A DNA stretch of 61,230 nucleotides, filler included, from Sphacelaria rigidula (taxonomy: Eukaryota): assembly GCA_964200075.2 (NCBI GenBank). It is 10 parts of 10 records of this genome, joined end to end, with 100 filler letters (N's around TTAATTAATTAA, not from the genome) between each part and the next. Parts side by side here need not be neighbours in the genome. Positions count along the whole stretch, not along the records: positions 18,400 to 24,432 come from CAXNAA020022671.1; positions 24,533 to 30,565 come from CAXNAA020022672.1; positions 30,666 to 36,698 come from CAXNAA020022673.1; positions 36,799 to 42,831 come from CAXNAA020022674.1; 6 more parts are not named here. One strand, written 5' to 3'. How positions within the stretch are numbered: the stretch's first letter is position 1; the number at the start of each line of letters is the position of its first letter. A model generated the notes under the pieces. It was not told where the DNA came from, searched no databases, and was given only the letters and a program-made list of their open reading frames with translations. The translations under genes and the position numbers were made by a program. Below are positions 23,755-37,248 of this stretch, piece by piece.

Positions 23755-26671
23755 CCCCCCTTGCGTAATCGTTCCGGTAGTAGGCTCACGGGAAACCAAT
23801 CTGGACAACGACTCATCCTGTGCGCGGGGAAGTCTCTTCAAACTACTCACGTCACTGAACAGGTACTTTTGGGAAACAAGTTGCACCTGCCCTCATAGAC
23901 AATGTATACCATAATTATATGTGCGCACCTCCTTTCGAAAAGTTACAGTACTTCAAAATTATCTGTACCTCATCCAAATTCTTGCGCCTAAAGATCCCGA
24001 TCACCGTTCCAAGATCCAAAACCAAGCGTTCTCCGAACTAGAATAATCATGATATCCATACTCGGAAATTTGCAAACAAACTCTCATGTAATGATGAGCA
24101 GGCGGCAGTATAAAGCAGGAGCACAGTGTGCAGCCCAAGGCACAAGCTTGGCAAACAAGTATACAACCGCCGGCTGTAATCACTTGTAAATACTGTATAC
24201 CGCTATACGTCAGATAAGAGGCAATAACTCACGCAGTAGGTCTTTTAACTTCTCTTGATTATCTTGATTCTAACTCCGATACCACTCAATCAATCCAGCC
24301 CAGACCAGTCAATATCTCTCACCGATAGTTAGACTTCCTTTTGCTGGCTAGCAGATGGGAGCAGTAAATAGTGCCTACCAGGGGGGTTTTGTTCGTGCGA
24401 ACAAAACCTGTATCATTCCTGTGATTATACAGNNNNNNNNNNNNNNNNNNNNNNNNNNNNNNNNNNNNNNNNNNNNTTAATTAATTAANNNNNNNNNNNN
24501 NNNNNNNNNNNNNNNNNNNNNNNNNNNNNNNNGGATGTCGTCAGGTGCTGCACCAAGGGTAGCCATGGCGTTTTCACCATAGCAAGGCCCCTGAAAGTTC
24601 AATGTTGATGTATTTTGGACGAGAGGTAGGAGCGGGGATGATGGCTGCCAGGCCCTCCCTACGCGTCTGAGGTTATCCTCTACAATTTGACAGGATATTC
24701 ACCCCCTCTCCTCCCCCGTGCGACGCCAATGATCTTATGACTACGGCATGCAAGATCCTGAGCACACCCCTGTCCCACGCCAAAGGCTCTAGTCCATGAT
24801 GGTGGAGGTGCCAAATGTGTCTGTTCTCTGTCGGAAGCTGCACTGTTGCTGGGCTGACCCAGTTGCAGTGATGCGCAACGTCCCATGCCTTGAACTTATT
24901 ACTACCAGAAGCACTTTGGGCATATGAAGTGCCACACCGCACTGCAGCAGCATTGGTCACAAAACTAGTACCTGACCAGCCGTCGCGCATGTAAGGCAAA
25001 GCTTCGAAACTGCATGTTGCGTCAGAGTCTGCCCAACGTCTCTATCGCAGGAAATAGCACACTTTCCTCCGCCGCTTACTGTTGTTCGTGTGGAACGGGC
25101 TGCGCACCGTTAGTATAGCCCTGCACTGCTCGTGTGCCTCGCCTTCTCCGCTGCAACTACTTCCTCCCTTCTCCCCCGCTCCCTGCCGATTAAGGAGATT
25201 CATGCCGGATTTGAATATATGTTCTTCCCGCTCCCCCTGTCTGCGGGAGCAAAACCAAGCATATTCAGAGGTGCTTTGTTAGGACGGAGCAGAGGGGAAT
25301 TGAGAGGAAGCACTTGCGGCACAGTGACAAGACACACGAGAAGCACAGTACTACCGCAGTGCACAATCCCTTTTGCACAGACAATTGTCAAAAGCGGCGG
25401 GCAGTGTGTTGTTTGACGTAATGGCGGCGTGTGGCGGTGGCGGTGAGCCAAAGAGTGACGCCCCTATCCATTTCTCGCGGTCTAGGTGAAGTTGCACGGT
25501 GGCTGGTCAGGGACTGTTTGCTGTGCCCAACGTTGCTGTGGTGCACTGTGTGAAGGTCGTGCAAGCGCAGCCCCCCTCTCGCTGGTGGTGTCACGTCCAT
25601 CGCATGGGACGTCCCATATCACGGCCACTGTGGTCCGCTGAAGACGTCTGGTACCACGGCAAGATGAGCGCGGTTGATGAGTTCGCCACCCACATGACGT
25701 ACCCTGGCGGCCAACACTTTGGAAGAACAAGCCACGGAGACGATTCAAGAAGAAACATATTCTGTCTAGATACGAGCCAGGCCTGTGCACAGGTTCGACA
25801 ATTCGACGTTCCCAGCAGTGGTCGTTGGCCCAACTTTTTATGGGCTGGTACTAGAAATATGCGACAGAAGGGCACATACCCTACGAACTGAGCCACGAAA
25901 AACCTGCACAGGCACCAACAGCTTGCACTCATCAGCTGCACTGCTAGCTGGTGTTCATCTACACACAGGAGTCTTCGTGTGACGAGAATCCGTCGAGCGT
26001 CAGAGGAAGGGTGCCCGCATGCGTGTCCATTTTCGCCTCAAAATGTGTCAGGGCCGACCGTCATGCGTGGGTGTTGTCCACGCTCGTCTGACCCAAACTG
26101 CTGCTCCTCTTCGAGCTCTGCACCGATTGGACCGAAGCAGAACACAACGTGCTCGGCTAATAAGCAGCTACGGCTCGAGCTACATTTTGTTTATTCGTTC
26201 GCGGGAGTACCGGAGCTCTCAGTCTCACGTGTTGTGGTGTTACGGTGTCGGTCGAACGTTTGCACATGCCTCAAGACACGGCCTCGTAATATCAACCGGT
26301 GCAGTAGTGGATGGAGAAGAGGGTCGCAGGGATGAGTCGATAGGTGATATACATACCGGCGTGCACTGTATATCGTATTTTGGAGAAACCGATCGAAACG
26401 TGTTCGAAAGTCATCATGGGTTGCATCACCAGGCTCGCCGGTTCTATCCGACAGCATATGGCCAGGTGCACAACGCCTCCAATATATACGTTCGCATACA
26501 TCTCCGATATATCTTGTTCCTACAACATATCGACAACCGGCGGTGTACAATCAATCACACACACGATGATATCAACACGATGTGCATAGTGTGTGTTCGG
26601 TATGTATTGTTGCAGCAGCACCTCATGCTTTCTCTTGACGCGATACATGCCCACCTGCCCGTTCATATATT

Positions 26672-27247
26672 CAAGGTTGTGTTCTGTAAGGTACGGGTAC
26701 GTTCTGTAGGGTATGAGCTTCCGTACAAAATTTACAGAACTGTCGGGTGCCGGTGTGAAAGTCTTACTGAGTTGACAGAACGTTTGGGTACCGGTACTAA
26801 ATGAAGTCGTACAGGGACTACAGAACTTGTCGTGTACGGTTCGGGAGGCTTACAGACACCCGGTACCGGCAACCGGGTAACTCTTTTAGAGCATATCCGC
26901 CCCGCGGGTTGGGGTAAATGTTCTGTACAGAACTAACAGAACCGTCGGGTAAGGGCATGGAAGGTTTACAGAACTCACAGAAACTGTCGGGTTGGGTATG
27001 AAGCTTGTACAGAAAACCGTACCCGCAACCGGGTAACTTATCAAGAGCGTACCCTAGCTCCCCGGTAACGGTACGGGAGTCTTGCAGAACTCACAGAACT
27101 ACCGGGTACGGGTGTGAAGGTCTTCCAGAGATTACAGAACTGTCTGGTATCTGTATGGAAATCTTTACCGAACTTGTCGGGTACGGTAAATACCCGGCGA
27201 TATACCCTGGGTGTACAAAAACGCGTACCTTACAGAAGACGACCTTG
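26672..27247. mobile_element. Non-autonomous TIR element built of ~41-bp subrepeats
   Basis: TIR caaggttgtgttctgtaaggtacg pairs with cgtaccttacagaagacgaccttg (2 mismatches in 24). The interior repeats acagaactgtcgggta.(c/g)ggta. Confidence 0.75.
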
Positions 27248-27877
27248 GTATTGTCATCACCCCTGTGGTGGGACCTACGTCACTAAAACAGTGGCGAAAT
27301 ACAGATGACAGTTCACGAAAACTCTGAACGGCTTTCACGGGGTTGATAGAGGAACTACACGAACAATGGCAGTAGCACATGGATTGTCAACATCTATCGG
27401 TTTCACGTACACTCCCGGAGAGTATGAATGAGCATTCACGGCTGCCTGTTCTCTGGAAGCCCTTCAGCACGCGACAAAATCGCCGACGGGCTTGACGACT
27501 TTCGATGGTAGCTCATATACTCTGTGCTGTACATGTCGATAACGGCCTCGGGCTCGATAAGCACGACACAGATGAACGTGGATGACGTGCGTCTTGCTAC
27601 TTAATCCTCTGGTGGCGCAAATGAACCACCCCCGCTCGAGCCACCACTCGCGATTCTTGGCGTGATCCATCCTGACAGTCTGCAGGAATCATCATGTTTC
27701 GTGTTTCCACTCAGCGGTACCTCGTATCCCGTCAGATCCCAAACTATAGAACTTTTCAAGATAAAAATTATTGTTTGTGTGCAGGTTTGAAAGAAGGAGT
27801 TGGGTGGGTTCATCGATGGGAGGTACATGTTCAGGTCATGAGGGTGTGTTTGGATTGAACCTAAATCCGTACCTCCC

Positions 27878-28726
27878 CAAGGTATATATAAACCTGTACT
27901 CCTACCTGCAATCGGGTATATCTATAACGGTATACCCGAACCCCGGGTAGGGGTATTGGAGGCTTACAGAGCCGACATAACAGTCGGGTACCGGTACTGG
28001 ATGAAAATCTTACAAAAATTACACAACATGTCGGGTAAGGGTATGGGAGGCTTACAGAACTCACAAAAACTGTCGGGTAGGGTATGGAGGTTGCACAGAA
28101 AACCGTACCCGCAACCGGGTATCTTGGCAAGAGCATACCCTAGCCCCCCGGTAACGGTACGGGAGTCTTACGGGGATCACAGAACTATCGGGTAAGGGTA
28201 TGAAAGGCTTACGTAACTCACAGAACTGTCGGGTACCGGCACGAAAGTCTTCACAGAACTTGTCGGGTACGGTACGGGAGGCTTACAGAAAACCGGTGCC
28301 GGCAATCGGGTAAATCGTTTAGGTCATACCTACCCTCGGGTTGGGATAAAGGTTTTGTACATGACTCGCATAACCGTCGGTTTAGGGTATGGAAGGCTCA
28401 CAGAAGTCACAGAACTGTCGGGTTGGGTATGGAGGTTTTACAGAAAACCGTACCCGCAACCGGGTATCTTATCAAGAGCGTATCCTAGCCCCCCGGTGAC
28501 GGCACAAGAGGCTTACAGAGATTACAGAACTATCGGTTAAGGGTATGAAAGTCCTACATAAGTCACAGAACTGTCGGGTACCGGTACGAAAGTCTTACAT
28601 ATGTCACAGAACTTTCGGGCACCGGTACGAAAGTCTTACATATGTCACAGAACTGTCGGGTAAGGTAAATACCCGGCAAAATACACAAGGAATGCAAAAA
28701 AGCGGACCTTACAGGACACAACGTTG
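27878..28726. mobile_element. Second, longer copy of the same subrepeat TIR family
   Basis: The right end accttacaggacacaacgttg matches the TIR. The block cagaaaaccgtacccgcaaccgggta occurs at ~27009, 28096 and 28441. The left end is uncertain. Confidence 0.7.
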
Positions 28727-30809
28727 CATATTTTCATCGGTGGTGGGTGAAGTTCATTCGGAATCATGTTGTCCGGGGAGCACCCTCGTGTCCAGCACAC
28801 GTCGGCACGAACCCATTCGACCTTGACGATGTGAACAGCACGTAGCGTGCCTAATACACTTCCTACTAGAGCGTATTAGCCTATATCGTCAGGACCTGAA
28901 AGTGTAGTGTCTACATACACTACCGACATGCTGAAAACGTGCTGACCCGCTCAGGGTGTCAACTTTATGATTCAATAGAAACAAAAACCGCGGTACACTA
29001 TCGCGGTAGAAACGCCGTCGTCGGCATTCCTCACGTGCAACGGTACGCTTACTGTACTGCACGGTACTGTGCCCGACCCTGTTGTAGTATACTCCACTGC
29101 ACTGCCCTTCATAATCTCATATGACATCAACGTCTGAAGAATGAATGAATAGATTGTGACCCCGACAGCCGTAACATGTGAACCCCCGCAAATGAGACAG
29201 CGGAAACAAACCGAGGAATTAGAGTGGACGCATGCACCGCATAAAGAAGCTACAGAAAGGTATTTTCTGCACCAACGCAAACAACCAATGGCGAGCACAA
29301 TTTGCGGATGTCGTTTTGTTCCACTACGCCAAACCTTACAGCAGACTCCTCTTATCGACCCATGATCACAAGTTTTCCCCAGAAGTGGCGAAGGCTGCTC
29401 AACCAGCCCTAAACCAGAAGCCCCACCAGCTCGCCAGGTATATCCCGTCGCACGTCGGGAGCTTTCTGCACGCAGTTACTGCACGCTTTTTTGTTTCTCC
29501 TCAAACAACGGCATCTTCTTTCATGAGACGAGCGGCGAGGTGCAAAATAACACACGAATATGGCAGAGGAAAGGTTCAATGCCGCTTGTTGTGGTCAGAT
29601 GAAGTACTCGATCGGAAGGGTTCGAGCGGTTCATACAGGTGATGATTTTCACACAGCTCCTCGTGAGACCTTTCAGAGGGAGAGGGGGATCTACTCCGAA
29701 AATGAGAACTTCCCCCGATGTATGCTTTTCACGTCCATCGTTCGGAGAAAACCGGACTGTCCTCGGAGAAGTCGAGATCGGCCGGAACATGGAATCACCT
29801 ATAATGCCTCTATCAAGCATGGTGCGACCAGCTGAACAGACGGTACAAACGTGAAAAGTAGCGCACGTGGTGGTGTACATACCACAACACTGCACAGTTC
29901 ACGATGCAGTAACATTACAAGGCAGCCAGTGCCGCTGGGCAACTGCAACGGCGGTACATGTGTTATGCCTGTACAAGGCGCAGCAGCATACTCCACGGTA
30001 CATGCAGTGCAGCCGCACATATAGAGCGCTATATATGAATGTGCATAGCTGTAGACACTGGGCCATACAGCGATCGCTGTTTCGTTCAACACGTCAACGG
30101 TGGCAACCCTCACGACGGCGCACTACCCGGCTCGGTGTGGAACGCTTCGGCGCGTTTTCAGAGTCGTAAAAAACGGCTTCGGAACCTGTTCTCGGGGAGA
30201 AGACACAACCCCAACTTATTGCAGTCTTCGGGTCATTAAAAGCGGACTCAATGATCGAAGTATTGAAGCAAATGTTTCTTCGACATTCCCAAAAACTCAA
30301 ACGCAGGTTGAGATGCCATTTTCATAAGGCTGTGAACTGACTGCTCTGACCAGTCAAGTTTAAACTGACCGCGCCGGCGACCAGTAGATCGATTGTTTTC
30401 GAGTTGATCGGCGCCGACTAACTGGGAGACAATCGGCGGCGAGCGGCGGAGCCGCCAACGCCCCCCCCCCCCCCCCCCCCCCCCCCCCGGCGCTGGCGCC
30501 CCCCAGAGGGCCGCGCGAGGACGGCCAAAACAGCAGGTGGTGGAATTTGCGTTTTCTCTAGAACANNNNNNNNNNNNNNNNNNNNNNNNNNNNNNNNNNN
30601 NNNNNNNNNTTAATTAATTAANNNNNNNNNNNNNNNNNNNNNNNNNNNNNNNNNNNNNNNNNNNNAAGTGGCGTGTTTTACAGCGTCATCGCCAACCGAC
30701 GCCAACCCCATCGGGGGTCCGCCCCTACAAAGCCGGGACGGAGCACGCCGGGTTCTCACCGGACCAGGGCAGGGGGGGGGCGTACTCATTCGTTGCTTGC
30801 CCTAGTCGT

Positions 30810-31372
30810 TTGACCATTGAACACGGATCCCTTTCGAGACGGAGCACAGTTCCTACTGCTAATAGAGCCACCTCCAACATTTGGGGAGCTCATCATGTTT
30901 CTTCCCTACAAACATTACACAAAAACCATTTACATATTTTATCCCCATCCTGTCTCGCCGTCTGTGGCCACCATCTATCTCCTAGTATAGCCATCGTTTT
31001 CTCGCAACTGTCTAGTGCATCAAACGATTTCACGCCACCTTGGGGAGGGGGGGGGGGTGTTCTTCCCATCGTGACAGTCTCAACTCCTCCCTTTCCTCGG
31101 GACGAGTCCGCAGTCTCGAGGGATCAACCATCTCTGGGGACATGTGCCTTATATTTTGGTATCGCGGATTGGATCATGACTATCAACACTCCCACACCGC
31201 GTCGATTCTCGTCAAGTAGGCTTGCCTTGCTACTCACGCCCTCGCATTTTCATCGGCGGAAATCAGAACATTTTCAGAGGAAAATCCGAATGCCTCTGCC
31301 GGGGTTCAAACCTTCAATCTTTCGCCGTAACAGGTTTTAGTTGTGCCAGTTTAATTTAGACTCCCGGGGCGT
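30810..31372 (-). mobile_element. Probable tRNA-derived SINE
   Basis: Minus-strand head cgccccgggagtc...ggtttgaaccccgg (B-box-like) resembles the head at 32990-33060. The 3' boundary is approximate. Confidence 0.4.
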
Positions 31373-32667
31373 GATGGATTCTCGAACTTCTTAAATGCAT
31401 GCATATATATGTGTACACATGCACGCACGTCAAAGTACACGAAAACAAATAAGCAGAGGCTCCTCAGAAATGAGGTTCAGTACAGTATCGAAAATAAATA
31501 AGCAGAGGCTTTTCAGAAATGAGGTTCAGTGTATAAATGAGGTTGAAATGGACAAGCATGGTTGGCAGAGACCGCACGGAGGAGTGTCGACCAAAATCAC
31601 TTCTTCCGCTCGTTTTCAGTCAAAGAAAATTTGACCGCTGCGTGGGTCTCCTGAGAAATACGAAGCTGACAGGCTAATGTTTAGCAGCCAACTTGCGTGG
31701 GCGAACGGAAGCTGCACAGAGTGCTTGGCATACATGGCGATATGGGTGGCCGGGCCCAGCTCGACTACCGTACAGTACAACACAGTGCAGTGCAATGCAG
31801 TGCAGTCGCCAGGATGGTGTCTTCTGTCTCAGCACATGCCGCATGCTCTACTTTTGTCTCTGAGTAAAAGCTGCGGCATGTGTGTTTTTTTTAAAACTCG
31901 AAGCCGACGGGTGCTGTGCAGATAATAGTACCCAACACATGGCATGGGGAAGCACAGCAAAACAACCTTGACGGGCAGTGCAGTATGTGCGACGTTATCA
32001 CCTGTCTCAGAGCAAGTCGCGTGCTCTACTACTGCTATGTCTGTAGATATCAGCAAGCACCGGACGACATCATCACCTCGCCGTAGAGCGCCACCCGCGT
32101 CCTGTCGCGCTCACCCCTTTGATAGCCAGGGTGGATCATCTGGATCTTGCAGTCATTTTTCAACTGATAATTCATAAGACATGACTCGCCCTTGCGGCCA
32201 AGGGGCTAGAATATGTTTATGTCTCCATGTCTTCCAAAAGTCAAAGCTGACCTCCATGAGAAAATACGTACTGATGTACTGTCCCACGTGTTTCTACTGC
32301 CGTCATGATTGGACGACGGAAGGCGCATCGTAGGCTACTTCCAAACATCTTCAAAATACCCAAACGGGTAATCAAATACTCGCGACATAAACTGCGTGTG
32401 GTTACTATGTAACGGATGGTGGTTGGACGAACTGCTCATTATTGCGGCCGGTAATTCGGGAACGTTTGCGCTCTCCGGGTATCTTGGAATCCCTGACCAG
32501 TGCAGTAACACACTACTCACGTAGTCAGGGAAAAAACACGGAAACCTTTGCAGGAGGAAACTCGAACAAAGGATACTCGCGGGGAGGGAGGGGGTGGAGG
32601 AAAAAACAAAGAAAAAAAATTGCAATCAATACCGTTCTTGAAACACAAATCCCGATTCATTGTCCCC

Positions 32668-32698
<31 letters not shown>

Positions 32699-33060
32699 TG
32701 TGTTGTCGTCCCATCTAATCTGAACTTCAGTCCACACCTTTCGGTATGGGTAGGCGCATCAGCCGGGGTCACACAGGATGAAGATTGACACAGGACTTTA
32801 TTTCTTTCTTTTTTTGTATGATTTTAGCACTCCACCTTCCTTGTGCGGTGCATGCCTTTTTTATTCATCGCAAAAAGGGTTTAGCGGTGCTTGTCCCTCG
32901 TCGACCGTGAAATCGAATTTTGTGTACCCGCGACAACGTAGCCCTCCACCGTTGGGCATGATGCGAGAAAAATCCTAGATTGTGTGGCTTCACCGAGGTT
33001 CAAACCCACGTCCCAGCCGTCAGAAGGCTTTGAGGTTGCCAACTGGGCCGCCGGGGCGAC
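32668..33060 (-). mobile_element. tRNA-derived SINE with (CA)n tail
   Basis: Head gtcgccccggcggcccagttgg (A-box-like) ... gggtttgaacctcgg (B-box-like), a ~300-bp body, and (TG)n at 32668-32694 on the + strand. Confidence 0.6.
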
Positions 33061-33305
33061 TGGCGAGCCTACTACCAAGTAATTACACGGTACCAGTACA
33101 AATATAGTGCGGGATCCCGCCATGGCGCGGAATTGTCGAGGTTAAAACTCAACGCGATATGATGTGGTCCCTGCTGGGGCGTCCCAGTACCTTTCGACTG
33201 CGAATCTGGAAAACTTAGAAAACACGAGTAAAATGAAGAAAAAACAAAAACATCGGAAACTGCCCTGGAGAATAAGATGATCCCCAGGAAGCCTCATGGA
33301 CTCAC

Positions 33306-33459
33306 CCGTGAATTGCGCGCTTGCTCGAGCATCTAAAATCTGGACACGCTTTCCCTTCGGCACATCCTTGCCTTCAACCACAGCCGTTTGGACGTCAGCC
33401 ATGGACACGCGAAGCTCCGGCCGTTGCCGCTCCTCTTCAATCTCCCACTCCGTGTACAC
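33306..33459 (-). CDS. Internal exon of a rhodanese-family sulfurtransferase (TST/MPST-like; linker and start of second domain)
   Basis: Acceptor cag|GTGTAC and donor ACGG|gtgagt. Encodes VYTEWEIEEERQRPELRVSMADVQTAVVEGKDVPKGKRVQILDARASAQFTG, matching 'rPel......v.....QilDAR....F.G'. Neighbouring exons were not confidently found. Confidence 0.75.
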
Positions 33460-33522
33460 CTGTTATTGTCGTGATGCAATGACGATTCTCGTTTTACCAT
33501 AATATTTTGCTCTTGCTGTCAT

Positions 33523-36500
33523 TGAAGCTCAAATGGGAGATTTCGGACAGGTGAGTATTTCCTGGAACAGCGAATATCGTCGTGTTTAGTTCGCAAAACT
33601 CAACCAGAATGTTATCATATGCGCCTGGACCTCAAATGGAAATTCTGGACAGGTGAATATTTCCTGGAACAGCGAATGTAGTCGTGCTTAGTCCGCAAAA
33701 CTCACACAGAAAGTGAACATATACGTCTGCAGCTCATACGGGAGATTTTGGACTGGCGAATATTTCCTGGAGCATCGAATGTTGTGTTTAGTCGGCACAC
33801 CCCACCCAGAACGTCATCATACACGCCTGCAGCTCAACTGGGAGATTTTCGACAGGCGAATGTTTCCTGAACAGCGAATAGCGTCGGGTTTAGTCCGCAA
33901 AACTCGTCCAGAACGGTATCATATGCGCCTGGAGCTCGAACGGGACATTATGGACGGGCAAATATTTCCCGTAACAGCGAGTATCGTCGTGCTAAGTCCG
34001 CACACTCCGCCCAGAACGTCATCATATACGACTGAAGCTGAAATGGGAGATGTCGGACAGGCGAATCTTTCCTGGAACAGCGAATATCGTCGTGTTTACT
34101 CCACAAAACTCACACAGAACGTCTTTGTATACGCCTGAAGCTCAAATGCGAGATTTTGGGCGGGCGTATACTTCCTGGAACAGCGAATATCGCCGTGTTT
34201 AGTCCGCAGAACACATCCAGCACGTTATCATATACGCCAGCAGCTCCAATGGGAGATTTCGGACTGGCGAATATTTCCAAGAACAACGAATATCGTGATG
34301 TTCAGTCCACAGAAAACACTCAGAACGTTATGATATACCCCTGCAGCTCGAACGGGATATTTCGGACAGGCGAATATTTTTCCTGGAACAGCGAATGTTG
34401 CCGTGTCTATTCCGCAAACCTCACCCAGAAAGTTATCATATACGCCTGGAGCTCAAATGCGAGATTTGGGACAGGCGAATATTTCGTGGAATTGCGAATA
34501 TTGTCGCGTTTAATCCCCAAAACTCTCCCAGAACGGCATCATATTCGCCTGCAGCTAAAACTAAGAATTTTGGACAAGCAAATATTTACGGGAACAGTGA
34601 ATGTGGTCGTGTTTAGTCCACAAACCTCACCCAGAAAGTTATTATATACACCTGGAGCTCGAATGGGGGATTTGGGACAGGCGAGTATTTCCTGGAACAG
34701 CAAATATCATGTTTAGTCCGCAAAACTCGCACAGAACATTATCATGTACGCCTGGAGCTCGAATGCGAGGTTTCGGACAGGCGAGTATTTCCTGGAACAG
34801 CGAACATCGTTGGGCTTAGTACGCAAAACACACCCAGGAAGTTATCACGTACGCCTGGAGCTCAAATGCGAGATTTTGGAGGGGTGAACGTTTCCTGGAA
34901 CAGCAAATATCGTTGTGTTTATTCCGCGAAAGTCTCCAAGATCGTTATTATATACGCCTGGAGCTCGAACGGGAGATTTTGGACCGGCGAATATTGCTGG
35001 AAGAGCGAATATCGATGTGCCTAGCCCGCAAATCTCACCCAGAATGTTATCATATACGCCTAGAGCTCGAACGAGAAATTTTGGACCGGCGAATGTTTTA
35101 TGGAACAGCAAATATTGTCGGGTCAAGTCTTGAAAAGTCACTCAGAACGTTATCATATACGCCTACAGCTTAAAGGGGACATTTTGGAGTGGCGAATATT
35201 TCCTGGAACAGCGCATATCGTCGTGTTGAGTCCGCAAACCTCACCCAGAAAGTTATCATATACGCCTGGAGCACCAATGCGAGATTTTGGACGGGCGAGT
35301 ATTTCATGGAACAGCGTATATCGTCGTGCTCAGTCCGCAAAACTCAACCAGCACGTCATTATATACGCCTAGAGCTCAAATGGGAGGTATCAGACAGGCG
35401 AATATTCCCTGGAACAGCGAATACCGTCGTCTATTATCCGGAAACACACCCAGTACGTGATCATATACGCCTGCAGCTCAAATGGGGCATTTTCGACGGG
35501 CGAATATTTCCTGGAACAGCGAATATCGTCGGGTTTAGTTCGAAAAACCCACCCACGACGTCATCATATACGCCTGGAGCTCGAATGCGAGGTTTCGGAC
35601 AGGCGAACTGTTTCTTGAACAGCGAATATCGTCGTGTTTAGTCCGTAAACCTCACCCAGGACCTTATCATACACGCCTGGAGCTCATACGGGGGATTTTG
35701 GACAGACGAATATTTCCTGGAACAACGAATATCGTCGTGTTTACTCCGCAAAGCTCAACATGAACGTAATCATGAGGGCCTGGACCTCAGGTGGGGAATT
35801 TTTGGATAGGCGAATATTTCCTGGAACAACGAATATCGTCGGGTTTAGTCCGTAGAACACATCCAGCACGTTATCACATACGCCTGCAGCTTAAATGGGA
35901 GATTTCGGACTGGCGAATATTTCCTGGAAGAGCGAATACCGTCACGTTTAGTCGGCACATCCCAACCAGAACGTTTTCGTATACGCCTAGAGCTCAAATG
36001 GGAGATTTTGGACAGGCGAATATTTCCTAGAACAGCGAATCTCGCGGTGTTCAGTCCGCAGAAAACACCCAGAACGTTATGAACCTGCAGCTCGGACGGG
36101 ATATTTCGGACAGGCGAATATTCCCAGCGAATACTGTCAGGTTTAGTCCGCAAAACTCACCCAGAACGTTATCATATACGCCTGGAGCTCGAATGGAAGA
36201 TTTTCGAAAGGCGAGTATCTCCTGAACCAGCGAATGCCGTCGTGTCTAATCCGCAAAACTCACCCAAAACGTTATCATATACGCCTCAAGCTCGAACGGG
36301 AGATTATGGACAGGAGATTATGTCCTGGAACAGTGAATACCGTCGTGTTTAGTCCGCAAAGCTCACCCAGAATGTCATCATATACGCCTGAAGTTGAAAT
36401 TAAACATTTTGGACCGGCGAATGTTTCCTGGAACAGCGAATATCGCCGTGTTTAGTCCGCCGAACACACTCAGAACGTTGTCATAACGCCTGCATCTCAA

Positions 36501-36582
36501 ACGGAAGATTTTGAACAGGCAACTACTTCCTGGAACAGCGAATATCGTCGTTTTTAGTCCGCAAAGCTCTCCCGGAACCGCG
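33523..36582. repeat. Diverged tandem satellite, ~30 units of ~103 bp
   Basis: Consensus GGAGCTCAAATGGGAGATTTTGGACAGGCGAATATTTCCTGGAACAGCGAATATCGTCGTGTTTAGTCCGCAAAACTCACCCAGAACGTTATCATATACGCCT. Unit anchors at 33527, 33630, 33732, 33832, 33934, 34037, 34140, etc. Confidence 0.95.
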
Positions 36583-36946
36583 AAATTCAAAACATTTTCA
36601 ATGACCACGGAACGAGTCATCCTACGATAGGGGGGGGTGTACTCATGATCATGCATGCCATAGTCATAAGACCATTGACCTCGCATCTCTACAAAGCCNN
36701 NNNNNNNNNNNNNNNNNNNNNNNNNNNNNNNNNNNNNNNNNNTTAATTAATTAANNNNNNNNNNNNNNNNNNNNNNNNNNNNNNNNNNNNNNNNNNNNGC
36801 CCTCGGAAAAACCTCTGTGAGGAAAAACCCGATTCCCAGGAAAAAACCCTCGACAGTGGCGCCATGCGCCGCAAACTCAATCCGATAATCCTCAAACCCA
36901 ATCCAATCCGATAAAACGCCAAAGGAAGGGGTGGGCGGGAAAAATG

Positions 36947-37248
36947 TCAGACAGCATCGATTCGCGATGCTGTCACCAACTGATGGTCGCACCACACCCG
37001 TCTCCGGGATCTCATAAACCTCCACTTCAACCCAGACACCATTATTGTCACTTCATCGTGGATGCACTTGCCCTTGTACCTTACTGCTCCTCCCACACTG
37101 AAATGACTCACCTGGTTCATCACACAGGTAATCTTGCATGTCAATGTGTTCTGAAATGGCTTCTAGATACTGCAACCACTATAAACGTCCGGGAAAATTC
37201 TTCCTGCTTCTGCACAAAACATCGATTTTTCCCTGACACAGAATCGAG
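36947..37248. repeat. 302-bp direct repeat, 3' copy of the YR element
   Basis: tcagacagcatcgattcgcgatgctg...acagaatcgag, differing from 41874-42175 at roughly a dozen positions (by eye). Confidence 0.95.

Noticed and set aside
24533..26670. Medium ORFs such as 25499-25891 and 26019-26804
   Set aside because: No recognisable motifs or consistent exon structure; overlapping ORFs on both strands are expected at this GC content.
32070..32500. Further sulfurtransferase exons (IPG-SANVP near 32470; RVALY near 32090)
   Set aside because: The first needs a frameshift and lacks the GH residues. The second lacks convincing splice sites and context.
32985..33060. tRNA gene
   Set aside because: A- and B-box-like motifs are present but I cannot build a clean cloverleaf; it continues into a SINE body and (CA)n tail.
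33523..36582. CRISPR array or repeat-protein gene in the 103-bp array
   Set aside because: Whole units are homologous with no unique spacers and no cas genes. The 103-bp period cycles through frames and stops are frequent.
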